Of a stretch of DNA of 44,292 bases, positions 19,508 to 28,684 are shown piece by piece (within the stretch, counting starts at the first letter, position 1; every line of letters starts with the position of its first letter). The notes beneath the pieces were generated by a model, which saw nothing but the letters and a program-made list of their open reading frames with translations, ran no database searches and was not told the origin of the DNA. This DNA comes from Bacteroidota bacterium (GTDB lineage Bacteria; Bacteroidota; Bacteroidia; Bacteroidales; DTGW01). The DNA is taken from positions 1 to 44,292 of the forward strand of contig JAIFLP010000111.1 in assembly GCA_020049015.1 (NCBI GenBank), read 5' to 3'. The position numbers and the translations under genes were made by a program.

Positions 19508-19972
19508 TTATTCTTTTTTTCCTTGTTGTTTTATCAATTCAGTGCAATGTTCATATTGCTCAAGTTCTGTATATCTTTTTATAAGAAGCGAAAAGAATTC
19601 TTCGTCATTGAAATAAGGGTGTTTGTTGTCATAGGGTATGTCATTCTCTATGGTGTATTCCAAGAATGAAGCTTGATCCATCTCGTGATATTTTTTCCAA
19701 ATATCATTTTCTTTTTGGCCATATAACATCCTATGCTTTCTTACAAGATCAACCATTTGATTTTGCATATAAATCAAATCTTGATTTTCATCTAGTAAGG
19801 ATTTGTTTTTAAGATAGTATTTGTTAAATTCTTCGCTGGTTTCAGTGTTTCTGTCTTCTTGCAATATCTTTTTCATGATATATTTATTGCCCCTAATTTC
19901 ACTCAGGTTTTTCTCTACCTTTTTACGCATGAATTCCATGGCGATATTTAATTGAAATGGTATCTGTTTCAT
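19508..19972 (-). CDS. hypothetical protein (predicted all-helical, Glu/Lys/Asn-rich)
   Basis: ORF in the track. The track start at 20008 is TTG, so I prefer the ATG at 19972 (MKQIPFQ...). No family recognised. Confidence 0.55.
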   Translation of the reverse strand: MKQIPFQLNIAMEFMRKKVEKNLSEIRGNKYIMKKILQEDRNTETSEEFNKYYLKNKSLLDENQDLIYMQNQMVDLVRKHRMLYGQKENDIWKKYHEMDQASFLEYTIENDIPYDNKHPYFNDEEFFSLLIKRYTELEQYEHCTELIKQQGKKE

Positions 19973-20171
19973 ATTAATTCCTCCTATTAATAACTTATCT
20001 ATATGCAAATTTAAACTATCAGCGATCCTTAAAACAGGGTAAAAAGTCTGTTTTTGTTAAAGGTCAACACTATTAGCAATTGAGTATATCATGACATTGA
20101 AAAAAGTAGTGGTACTATTTGTTTCTTTAAATGAATTAAATTACCTTTATCCAAATAAAGTTTATATCGCA

Positions 20172-20669
20172 ATGATTGAGGAACAAGTAGAAGAAAAATT
20201 AGAAGTAATTTCTTATCTCATATTTGAAATTGGTGGTGAATTATACGCTGCCAATGTAGAAAAAATTGAAAGCATTATAGAAATTCCTAAGATTACAAAG
20301 GTACCCAATTCTCCTCCCCATTTAATAGGTGTTATTAACCTCAGAGGGGTAGTTTTGCCAGTTATTGACGCCCGCATTAGAATGGGTACAGAGGTAAAAG
20401 AATGTACAGAGTTTTCTGGTATTCTGATCCTAGAAGTTGATTATAAAGGAGAACAAGTGCTGGTAGGTGCCCTCGTAGATGCGGTAAATGAAGTAGTTGA
20501 GATTTTACCCGGTAGAATTGATCCGCCGCCCACAATGGGACTCGATTTTCAATCTACTTATTTAAAGGGGGTTTTTAAAAGAAAAAATGGATCTTTCCTT
20601 ATGATTCTCAATCTCGATCAGGTTTTTGCTGTTGATGATGCCGTAACCTTTGAAAAAACTATGGTTTAA
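20172..20669 (+). CDS. CheW-like single-domain protein
   Basis: CheW-domain core: YLIFEIGGELYAANVEKIESIIEI ... PHLIGVINLRGVVLPVIDAR ... FLMILNLDQVF. The start is moved to the ATG at 20172 because the track N-terminal extension looks non-coding. Confidence 0.8.
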   Translation: MIEEQVEEKLEVISYLIFEIGGELYAANVEKIESIIEIPKITKVPNSPPHLIGVINLRGVVLPVIDARIRMGTEVKECTEFSGILILEVDYKGEQVLVGALVDAVNEVVEILPGRIDPPPTMGLDFQSTYLKGVFKRKNGSFLMILNLDQVFAVDDAVTFEKTMV

Positions 20670-21729
20670 TTTGCAGATGTAATTCGTGAAATGATTTTAC
20701 GGATACACCGTTTTCAGTTGCGGCTGACAACCATTTGTCACTATTTTTTATGATGTTTATTATCTCTTTGTCAGAATCATTGTTACATCCTTTAATTATT
20801 TTAATTTCTGAAGTTTCACCTTTTGCACTTAATTCGAAACTAAGTTGCATTTCACAGTTTATTAATGATTCCTTAGTATTGACACTCATTTTTGAATAAA
20901 TATAATCTTCAAAGCGTGTATAGGTTAATGAATAAACAGCTTTGTTTTTTATAGGTGCTGATGCTCTTTTTCTGCTGGAATACCCAACTGATTCTAATTC
21001 ATCAGAACTAGGATATGCTTTGTCAGCAGCAGAACTTTTGTCAGCAGCAGCCCTAGCTCCATCTGCTTTTTTTGCCAATACTTTTTCTTCAGCCTCTTCT
21101 TGCAATTCTTTTTTATCTTCGTAAACTATCGATTCTAAAGGCTCTTCAATTGAGGTATTAACACTTGCTTTTTCAGATATAACATCCACAACTTTTTTAG
21201 TTTCAATTTCCTTACTGGCAGATACAATCGGTGCAGCAACTTTTGGATTCGTAATCCCACCATTTTTTGACCTAATCTTTTTTTCTGTATCGTCCAATTT
21301 TGCCGCCATGTTCATAGCAATATTTTCCTTTGCATAGGTCGCTATTTCAGTTTTTGGGTCATTCAATGTAAATTCTTTATCTTCTATATTTAATTTACCT
21401 GAGGTTTGATGGTATAAGACAGATGTCATAATCACTATCAGTAACGATGCAGCAGCTGAATAATAAAATATCCTATTTCTGTTACTTTTGCGATGCCTTG
21501 ATTTGATTTTTTTCTTTAGCACTTTTGTGTTTTCCGCAAATAAGTCAATATTATTAAAAGCCTTGTATCCATCAATGGCGTCGCTGCATAGATTGCAACT
21601 CTTGATATGCTCCTCTGCTAAAAGAAGTTCTGATTTACTCAGTAAATGTTTAGTATACCTCGATAATCCAACTTCTGTTAAGCATCCTGTTGTGGAGAAT
21701 ATCTTATATGTATCTTTTTCTTTGCCCAT
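20659..21729 (-). CDS. zinc-type (ZAS, HxxxCxxC) anti-sigma factor, single TM, with a C-terminal TonB_C-like domain
   Basis: HIKSCNLC motif in the first 50 aa. TM segment IFYYSAAASLLIVIMTSVLYH. Low-complexity Ala/Lys/Glu linker. The last ~85 aa follow the TonB_C pattern (MQLSFELSAKGETSEIKIIKG...DKEIINIIKNSDKWLSAATENGVSV). The start is 2 nt after the sigma gene stop. Confidence 0.75.
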   Translation of the reverse strand: MGKEKDTYKIFSTTGCLTEVGLSRYTKHLLSKSELLLAEEHIKSCNLCSDAIDGYKAFNNIDLFAENTKVLKKKIKSRHRKSNRNRIFYYSAAASLLIVIMTSVLYHQTSGKLNIEDKEFTLNDPKTEIATYAKENIAMNMAAKLDDTEKKIRSKNGGITNPKVAAPIVSASKEIETKKVVDVISEKASVNTSIEEPLESIVYEDKKELQEEAEEKVLAKKADGARAAADKSSAADKAYPSSDELESVGYSSRKRASAPIKNKAVYSLTYTRFEDYIYSKMSVNTKESLINCEMQLSFELSAKGETSEIKIIKGCNNDSDKEIINIIKNSDKWLSAATENGVSVKSFHELHLQIKP

Positions 21730-21731
21730 TG

Positions 21732-22274
21732 CTACTCGCTTAGCTTAATTTTTAAATTCCTTTTACCATTTTGAATATAACTTTTTACTTGGTTTAAGCT
21801 GTATCCTGTTAAATCTGATATATCCTGATAACTTTTATCTTCCAAATACATTAGTTTTATACAGTCTCTTTGCTCAACATTCAAAGATTCAATGGCTTCA
21901 CTCAAACTTGCTATCGTTTGAATATGCTCTTTATCTATAAGATGTTTTTCCGCTTCATTTTCCACAAAATGATACTGATTATTTCCTTCATATTGAATAT
22001 ACCGCTCTCGAACTTTAGTTTTTCGGAGTTGCATAAGGCAATAATTACGAGTGGTAGTATACAGCCAGGCTTTAAAGTTTTTTATTTCTAATTCAGCAAT
22101 ATCAGAAAATAGTTCGCCGAATATATTCATTGCAGCATCTTTACTATCTTCTTCGTTTTTTAAGTACTTATAGCAAACAGCATAAACTAAATGGGAATAT
22201 CTGTCAACCAAGGTTTCAAATATTTTCTCTTCCCGGTTTATTAGATACAGGCTCAACAATTCCGCATCTTCCAT
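21732..22274 (-). CDS. ECF-type RNA polymerase sigma-70 factor
   Basis: Region 2 (FETLVDRYSHLVYAVCYKYL...AWLYTTTRNYCLMQLRK) and region 4 HTH (LNVEQRDCIKLMYLEDKSYQDISDLTGYSLNQVKSYIQNGKRNLK). ATG at 22274 is preferred over the track TTG at 22322. Confidence 0.9.
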   Translation of the reverse strand: MEDAELLSLYLINREEKIFETLVDRYSHLVYAVCYKYLKNEEDSKDAAMNIFGELFSDIAELEIKNFKAWLYTTTRNYCLMQLRKTKVRERYIQYEGNNQYHFVENEAEKHLIDKEHIQTIASLSEAIESLNVEQRDCIKLMYLEDKSYQDISDLTGYSLNQVKSYIQNGKRNLKIKLSE

Positions 22275-22455
22275 TTTACTGAAATCCGGCCGCTTTTTAA
22301 TCCCTCTTATTAATTGAATCAATTTGCTATTTTATTTCGGATTAAAAGTACAGCTTTTCTAGAAGAAAAAAAATTATTCAAAAAATTATGGAAAAAAATT
22401 GATGCAGGCATCTTACTGTTAAATACGATATTTATTCATTTAATACTTAGAAATT

Positions 22456-24864
22456 ATGAAACGTTTATTTAGCTTATCGATGAAGAGTTTGATGTATGCA
22501 TTTAATTTATTTGCTATTAACTCTTATAATAATGGAGTCTTAATGGAGCTAACACTTTCTATTACTAGGAAGTTCGGACTTAGAAGCATGCTTCTATTTG
22601 CATTTCTGATATCTGGAATATTCAATTTGCAGGCTTCAAGTAATGAAAAATGCGAAATTCCCTATTTTGAGGTTGTCGATTCAGAGAACCCGGGAGCCCT
22701 GTTGCCCTTACATGCCACTAATGCCGATGTGCTTATCAATGGTTGTATTGCTAAAGTGAAAATCAATCAAATCTTTAAAAATGATGGAAAAAAGCCTATT
22801 GAGGCCATTTATGTTTTTCCTGCCTCCGCTTCAGCAGCAGTTTATTCAATGAAAATGATGATTGGAAAACGAATAGTAGAAGCAAAAGTGATGGAGAAGG
22901 ATGCGGCGCGCAAAACTTATGATGATGCCCGCAAGGACGGATATTCGGCTTCACTTTTAGAACAGCACCGACCAAATGTTTTTCAAATGAATGTTGCTAA
23001 TATTATGCCTGGAGATACTATTAATGTTGAACTTATTTATACCGAAATGTTAATCCCTGAGACTGGTATTTACAGTTTTGTATACCCTACAGTAGTTGGT
23101 CCGCGTTATGAAAATGCGGCTAATAATTCTGCTTCATGGACATCAAATCCTTATTTAGCTGAAGGTACACCTCCTTCATATCAATTTGATATTTCTGTTA
23201 AGATTAGTGCAGGAATGCCTGTACACCAAGTAAAATGCCCTACTCACGATGCTGACATTCAATTTATTTCCCAACAGGAAGCCAGTATTAATTTGAAAAA
23301 AACTGAAGCATTTAGAGGAAATAAAGATTTTATTGTAAATTATAGTTTGCGCGATAGAGCAATACAATCCGGTTTGCTTTTGTATGATGGAAATGATGAA
23401 AAATATTTTCTTGCTATGGTTCAGCCTCCCGCTATTGTTAATAATGCTAATATACCAAAGCGTGAATATGTTTTTATTGTTGATGTTTCAGGTTCTATGT
23501 TCGGCTTTCCTTTAGATATTTCTAAAGCTTTGATGAAGGAGTTATTACAATCATTGAGACCTACTGATCGATTCAATATTGTTTTGTTTGCTGGTACTTC
23601 AAGTGTTTATGCCCTTGAATCTAAAGAGGCAACTCCAGAGAATATAAAAAATGCGATTAGCCATATTGATAACCAGCAAGGAAGTGGTTCTACAGAATTG
23701 CTGCATGCTTTACAAACGGCAATGTCTCTGAAAATAAATGATAATTATTCCCGTTCCTTTGTAATTGTAACAGATGGTTATGTAACCGTTGAAAAAGAAT
23801 CATTTGATTATATTCGTCAGCATCTTAACAAAGCAAATTTTTTTCCTTTCGGAATAGGAAGTTCTGTTAATCGCTATATAATAGAGGGTATGGCACATGT
23901 GGGAATGGGAACTCCTTTTGTGGTAACCAATTCCGACGATGCTAAAGAAATAGCGACCAAATTCAAGACCTATATTCAATCCCCTGTCCTTACCAATATA
24001 AAGGTTGAATATGAAGGTTTTGAAGCGTATGATATAGAACCTTTAACCGTTCCTGATGTTTTTGCGGAACGTCCGGTGCTGATCTACGGCAAGTATAAAG
24101 GAGCTGCTAAAGGGATTATTAAAATTAGTGGTATTTCAGGACAAGGACTTTATACGCAAACTTTAAAAGTGTCAGATTTTAAAGCTAGCAAACAGAATAC
24201 AGCAGTAATGTACCTGTGGGCTCGAGAACGAGTAAAAATGTTAAGTGATTATGCATCTATTGGAAACAGTGAAGAGTATAAATCAGAAGTTGTTTCTATA
24301 GGATTAAAATATAATTTATTAACACAATACACTTCTTTTGTAGCCGTAGATAGCGAAAAACGAAATCCTTCGGGACAATACAATACTGTTGTGCAACCAT
24401 TAGCGTTACCCGAAGGAGTTAGTAATTATGCTACTTCAAATAATTATCCTGCCTCAGTGGGCTATTCTGGTGGTTATCGTAAATCGTGTGCCAAAGAGAA
24501 TAAAGCGTATAGTACTGTTGATGAATTGGAGGAAACAGTTGTAGCTCAGCCTAGCGTTAGTATTCCAGATTCAAAACCTGTATTTATTAGTTCAGAAAAA
24601 GATTTAGATAATTTTATTACTAAAAATATGCAATTCCCTATTGATTTAAAATCGGCAGGCATAAAGGGTTCTGTGTCTCTTGAATTTACCGTAAAAACAG
24701 ATGGAACAATAACCGCTATTAAAATTATTAATTCAACGAATAAAGGCTTTAATAATGAGGCATTGAGGCTCATACAATTGACTTCGGGTATGTGGATTCC
24801 AGCGGTAGTAGGTGGTAAGCAGGTTTCGGCTAAGTACTACTATTTAGTAAAGTTTAAGCTTTAG
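22456..24864 (+). CDS. secreted VIT domain + von Willebrand A domain protein with a C-terminal TonB_C domain
   Basis: Signal peptide (LRSMLLFAFLISGIFNLQASS). VIT-like N-terminal region. vWA MIDAS motif FIVDVSGSM. C-terminus GIKGSVSLEFTVKTDGTITAIKIINS...FNNEALRLIQLTSGMWIPAVVGGKQV matches the TonB_C pattern. An alternative start is the ATG at 22543. Confidence 0.85.
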   Translation: MKRLFSLSMKSLMYAFNLFAINSYNNGVLMELTLSITRKFGLRSMLLFAFLISGIFNLQASSNEKCEIPYFEVVDSENPGALLPLHATNADVLINGCIAKVKINQIFKNDGKKPIEAIYVFPASASAAVYSMKMMIGKRIVEAKVMEKDAARKTYDDARKDGYSASLLEQHRPNVFQMNVANIMPGDTINVELIYTEMLIPETGIYSFVYPTVVGPRYENAANNSASWTSNPYLAEGTPPSYQFDISVKISAGMPVHQVKCPTHDADIQFISQQEASINLKKTEAFRGNKDFIVNYSLRDRAIQSGLLLYDGNDEKYFLAMVQPPAIVNNANIPKREYVFIVDVSGSMFGFPLDISKALMKELLQSLRPTDRFNIVLFAGTSSVYALESKEATPENIKNAISHIDNQQGSGSTELLHALQTAMSLKINDNYSRSFVIVTDGYVTVEKESFDYIRQHLNKANFFPFGIGSSVNRYIIEGMAHVGMGTPFVVTNSDDAKEIATKFKTYIQSPVLTNIKVEYEGFEAYDIEPLTVPDVFAERPVLIYGKYKGAAKGIIKISGISGQGLYTQTLKVSDFKASKQNTAVMYLWARERVKMLSDYASIGNSEEYKSEVVSIGLKYNLLTQYTSFVAVDSEKRNPSGQYNTVVQPLALPEGVSNYATSNNYPASVGYSGGYRKSCAKENKAYSTVDELEETVVAQPSVSIPDSKPVFISSEKDLDNFITKNMQFPIDLKSAGIKGSVSLEFTVKTDGTITAIKIINSTNKGFNNEALRLIQLTSGMWIPAVVGGKQVSAKYYYLVKFKL

Positions 24865-24890
24865 TTTGTTTTTTTATTGTAAATCTCTTA

Positions 24891-24926
24891 TCTTTCAATC
24901 CAAAATATTGGATTGAAAGATTTTGA
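24891..24926 (+). terminator. 11-bp perfect stem-loop with a short T tract, between the VIT-vWA gene and the kinase gene (terminator or attenuator/operator)
   Basis: tctttcaatcc (24891-24901) pairs with ggattgaaaga (24910-24920) around an 8-nt loop and is followed by ttttg. It ends 2 nt before the kinase ORF start. Confidence 0.45.
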
Positions 24927-27900
24927 GTAGTCGCGTGATAGAAATAGTATTGATCGAGGATGATATTTATCAGACCCATTTGGTGCGAGAACTCTTGCCC
25001 GAAGATAAATATCATATCAGAGCCATAGCTTCCGGTAAAGAGGCTTTGGCTTTTGTATTAGAGAATTTTAATAGTATCGATCTGATTCTTTTAGATTATC
25101 ATATCCCTGAAATAGATGGTATCTCAATGTTAGAGAGTTTTAAAGAAAATAATATTGATGTTCCTGTAATATTTTTTACGGCTGATTATTCAATCGAAAA
25201 TGCTGTAAAAACGATGAGTTTAGGAGCCATAGATTATATTCCTAAGAATATTGACTTTGTAAATAGTGTTTTACTCGCCATTGAAAAGGCTGGACGTCTG
25301 ATTCAAAGCAATCAAGAAAGAAAAACGATTGAAAAAGCATTAAAAGAAAGCGAAGAACGGTTTAGGATTATTGTTGAAACCACCCGCGATGGTATTTTTG
25401 AAATCAATCTTCTCGAAAAGGATTTTTTTGTAAGTCCAAATATTATGAAAATGCTCCAGTATCAACCTGAGCAGTTTCCAAAAAACTATAATGACTGGTT
25501 GCAAATTATCCACAACGACGATCTTACTATGGTTCTTGGAAAGTATCGGATGTTGTTAGACAAAAAAAACAATTTTCAAACCATTGAATTTCGTGTTAAA
25601 AATGGCTGTGGGGATTTTCAATGGATACTTCAGAGGATTATCATACTTGAAAGAGATAATTATGGTAATCCATATCGGTTTATTGGTACCCATATTGATA
25701 TTTCAGAATTAAAAAATGCTGAAATCAAGATAAAAGAAACGAACAGACAATTAACTACCCTTATTAGCAATCTACCTGGTGTAGTTTATCGTTGCAGAGT
25801 TGATTATTCTATTACGTTTGAGTACATTGGAAATAGAATTTTTGAAATAGCAGGATATAAACCTTCTGAATTAGTTAACTCGCCTGATATGTGGGTAAAT
25901 GAAATTATTTATCCTGAAGACCGAAGTAAAGTTAATTTTTACATGCGCGATGCATTGTACAGCAGAACAGGTTATGATATAACTTATCGTATTGTTAATA
26001 AGCAAGGTGATATTGTGCATTTAGCAGACCATTCAAAGGTAATTGCAGATAATGAAAAAATTAGTCATTATTTAGAAGGGTATATTTCTGATATCTCAAC
26101 AAAATACACCGCAGAGAAAGAGCATAGGAAAAATGAAATGCGCTTGGAAGCATTGCTTGAATTAAATCAGATGCAAAATGCCGATAACCGTTCTATTTAC
26201 GATTTCATACTTGCTTCATCGGTAAAATTAACAGGGAGTAAAATAGCGTATTTAGTGTTTATTGCCCCCAATAAACTTGATATTGAAGTTATTGGTTGGT
26301 CCGAAAATGCCAGAAAGGAGTATTGGACTGAAAATGTAAAGACTAAATTTATAATTAACGACTTAGGAATATTGGCTGATGCATATAAATCTGGTCAGGC
26401 CGTTATTCATAATGAATTTAATGACCCCATTCCTATGCAAAAAGGCATTCCTGTAGGGCAATTGGAAATAAATAGATGTATGGGAATTCCTATTTTTGAA
26501 AATAATAACATAGTGGGAATTTTGGGAGTAGGGAATAAACTAAACGATTATAATCAAACTGATGTAAAGCAACTTTCAATACTTATTCAGGAAATGATGA
26601 AAATCCTTCTCAAAAAAAGTATCGAGTTTGCATTGAGAGAATCTGAAATGCTTAAGCAATTAGTATTGGACAATAGTTTGCAAGCATTTATTTTATTAGA
26701 TCCACTTTTTAATATTGTAACATTTAACCGAATTGCCAATCACCGATCAATGATGCTATTTCGAGAGCCACTAAGGAACGGCAAAAATTTTATCGATTAT
26801 TTTAGCACTCAACGAGGATACATATTATCAAAATTAAAAAAAGTAATCAGCGGCGAAACTTCTACTTGGGAAATGTTGCATCAAATTAACGATCAAAAAA
26901 ATTATTACCAAATCTCTGCAATACCTATCATTGAAAATAACGAGATACGTTATATTTCTTGGACTTCAAATGATATCAGCGATAGGAAATCAGTAGAAGA
27001 AAAAATTGTGTATTCCGAAAATTTATACAATACAACTATTAATTCAATAGATGAACCAATTCTAGTAATTGATAAACGATTATACATAATGCTTGCAAAC
27101 CAATCTCTGATTGATTTACATAAGGAATTTAAACTTACTGAATATCCGGTTGGTAAGTATATTAAAGAGGTCTATTCTTTTGTTTCGGACTCTTATATCA
27201 GTGAATTAATTCGTATTTTAGATTCAGGAAATAATAAAGAAACCGAATTTTCATTTGAATTTAAAAACAAAAAATATTTTTACGAATTAAAGCAAACACC
27301 CGTTGTTCAAAGTGACGAAATTACCCGTATTGTTGTTATTGCAAGAGATGTAACCGATCGAAAAATGATTGAGAAAAATATTCTAAATACCATTATTGAA
27401 ACTGAAGAGCGGGAGAGAAAACGTTTCTCCGAAGATTTGCATGATGAATTAGGGGCAATGCTTTCAACGGTGAAAATTTATTTGAATACTTTGTTTGGAA
27501 GAAATATTGATGATGCGAAACGAATAGACCTGATTCGACTTACGAATGAACTTATTGATCAATCCATTCAAAACTCTAAAAATATAGCTAATAATATCAG
27601 CCCCAATATCATTAAAAAATTTGGTTTAGAAGCCGCGGTTCAGTCAATTATTGAAAAGTTAAATGTAGCTCATGATATTAATATTGTTTTTAAGCATGAT
27701 GCATACGAAGCTTTAAATCCTGAAATTGAGCTTTCTTTATACAGAATTATTTATGAGTTGATACATAATACCCTAAAGCATGCGCATGCAACTAATATTA
27801 GTATTGCACTTAATAAAATCCGCACTACTGTTGAATTATTGTATAGCGACGATGGGCTAGGTTTCGATTTTGACAAAATACAAAAAAGCTCTGTTGGTTT

Positions 27901-28006
27901 GGGTCTACAGAATATAAATACCCGCATTAATGCAATGAATGGTTTTCTGCAAATAGAGAATGTTTCAAAGGGGTTTTCAATGAAGTTATTAGTACCTGTT
28001 AATTAA
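24923..28006 (+). CDS. soluble hybrid sensor histidine kinase: REC - PAS - PAS - GAF - PAS - PAS - HisKA_3 - HATPase_c
   Basis: N-terminal receiver (LILLDYHIPEIDG). Several PAS-like blocks. GAF-like block (residues ~410-560). H-box FSEDLHDELGAML of NarX/DegS-type kinases. C-terminal ATPase (DDGLGFD, GLGLQNI). No TM segment. The start is TTG at 24923 or GTG at 24935. Confidence 0.88.
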   Translation: MSSRVIEIVLIEDDIYQTHLVRELLPEDKYHIRAIASGKEALAFVLENFNSIDLILLDYHIPEIDGISMLESFKENNIDVPVIFFTADYSIENAVKTMSLGAIDYIPKNIDFVNSVLLAIEKAGRLIQSNQERKTIEKALKESEERFRIIVETTRDGIFEINLLEKDFFVSPNIMKMLQYQPEQFPKNYNDWLQIIHNDDLTMVLGKYRMLLDKKNNFQTIEFRVKNGCGDFQWILQRIIILERDNYGNPYRFIGTHIDISELKNAEIKIKETNRQLTTLISNLPGVVYRCRVDYSITFEYIGNRIFEIAGYKPSELVNSPDMWVNEIIYPEDRSKVNFYMRDALYSRTGYDITYRIVNKQGDIVHLADHSKVIADNEKISHYLEGYISDISTKYTAEKEHRKNEMRLEALLELNQMQNADNRSIYDFILASSVKLTGSKIAYLVFIAPNKLDIEVIGWSENARKEYWTENVKTKFIINDLGILADAYKSGQAVIHNEFNDPIPMQKGIPVGQLEINRCMGIPIFENNNIVGILGVGNKLNDYNQTDVKQLSILIQEMMKILLKKSIEFALRESEMLKQLVLDNSLQAFILLDPLFNIVTFNRIANHRSMMLFREPLRNGKNFIDYFSTQRGYILSKLKKVISGETSTWEMLHQINDQKNYYQISAIPIIENNEIRYISWTSNDISDRKSVEEKIVYSENLYNTTINSIDEPILVIDKRLYIMLANQSLIDLHKEFKLTEYPVGKYIKEVYSFVSDSYISELIRILDSGNNKETEFSFEFKNKKYFYELKQTPVVQSDEITRIVVIARDVTDRKMIEKNILNTIIETEERERKRFSEDLHDELGAMLSTVKIYLNTLFGRNIDDAKRIDLIRLTNELIDQSIQNSKNIANNISPNIIKKFGLEAAVQSIIEKLNVAHDINIVFKHDAYEALNPEIELSLYRIIYELIHNTLKHAHATNISIALNKIRTTVELLYSDDGLGFDFDKIQKSSVGLGLQNINTRINAMNGFLQIENVSKGFSMKLLVPVN

Positions 28007-28030
28007 AAATAAAATTTTAAAAATCTGATT

Positions 28031-28684
28031 ATGAAAATTTCAGTTTTTATTGTCGATGATCATAAAATATTTAGAGATGGACTAAAAATGCTTTTCTCTA
28101 CTTTACCTCAGGTTGAGTTGATTGGTGAAGCATCTAGTGGTAAATCATTTTTAGAAGCATTAGAAAGTATTGTTCCCGATATTGTATTTATGGATATAAA
28201 TATGAAAGAAATGGATGGTATTGAGGCGTCTAAAATAGCGCTTGATCGCATCCCTGATTTAAAGATCGTAGCTCTTACTTCTTTTGACGACGAAGAGTAT
28301 TTCTTTAAAATGGCTGATATCGGTGTAAAAGGCTATTTGTTAAAGAATAGCAGTATTGAAGATTTTGAAAAAGCTATAAGCAAAATTAGCGAGGGTTATA
28401 ATTATTTTTCCGATGAGTTGGTAACAAAATTGGCACGTAAGATTTATAAAAATAATGAGAAAGGAAATAACATTCCTAATCTTAATTTTTCCGATGAGGA
28501 AAAAGTATTATTGAAGTATGTTTGCGAAGGTTTAACTAATAAACAAATAGCCGATGTATTATTTCTTAGTCCCCGCACCGTTGAAGCACACAGAGCAAAA
28601 CTATTAGAAAAATCCAATACAAAAAACTCTGTAGCACTTGCTGTTTATGCTATATCAAATAAAATTGTTGAAGTTAATTTATAG
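28031..28684 (+). CDS. NarL/FixJ-family response regulator (REC + LuxR HTH)
   Basis: DDH...DIVFMDINMKEMDG receiver and LuxR HTH LTNKQIADVLFLSPRTVEAHRAKLLEK. Confidence 0.93.
   Translation: MKISVFIVDDHKIFRDGLKMLFSTLPQVELIGEASSGKSFLEALESIVPDIVFMDINMKEMDGIEASKIALDRIPDLKIVALTSFDDEEYFFKMADIGVKGYLLKNSSIEDFEKAISKISEGYNYFSDELVTKLARKIYKNNEKGNNIPNLNFSDEEKVLLKYVCEGLTNKQIADVLFLSPRTVEAHRAKLLEKSNTKNSVALAVYAISNKIVEVNL

Noticed and set aside
22390-22413. ECF-type promoter (GGAA...N...GCATCT) in the sigma / VIT-vWA divergent region
   Set aside because: The match to the GGAAC-N16/17-CGTC consensus is poor in both boxes and cannot be supported without a mapped TSS.
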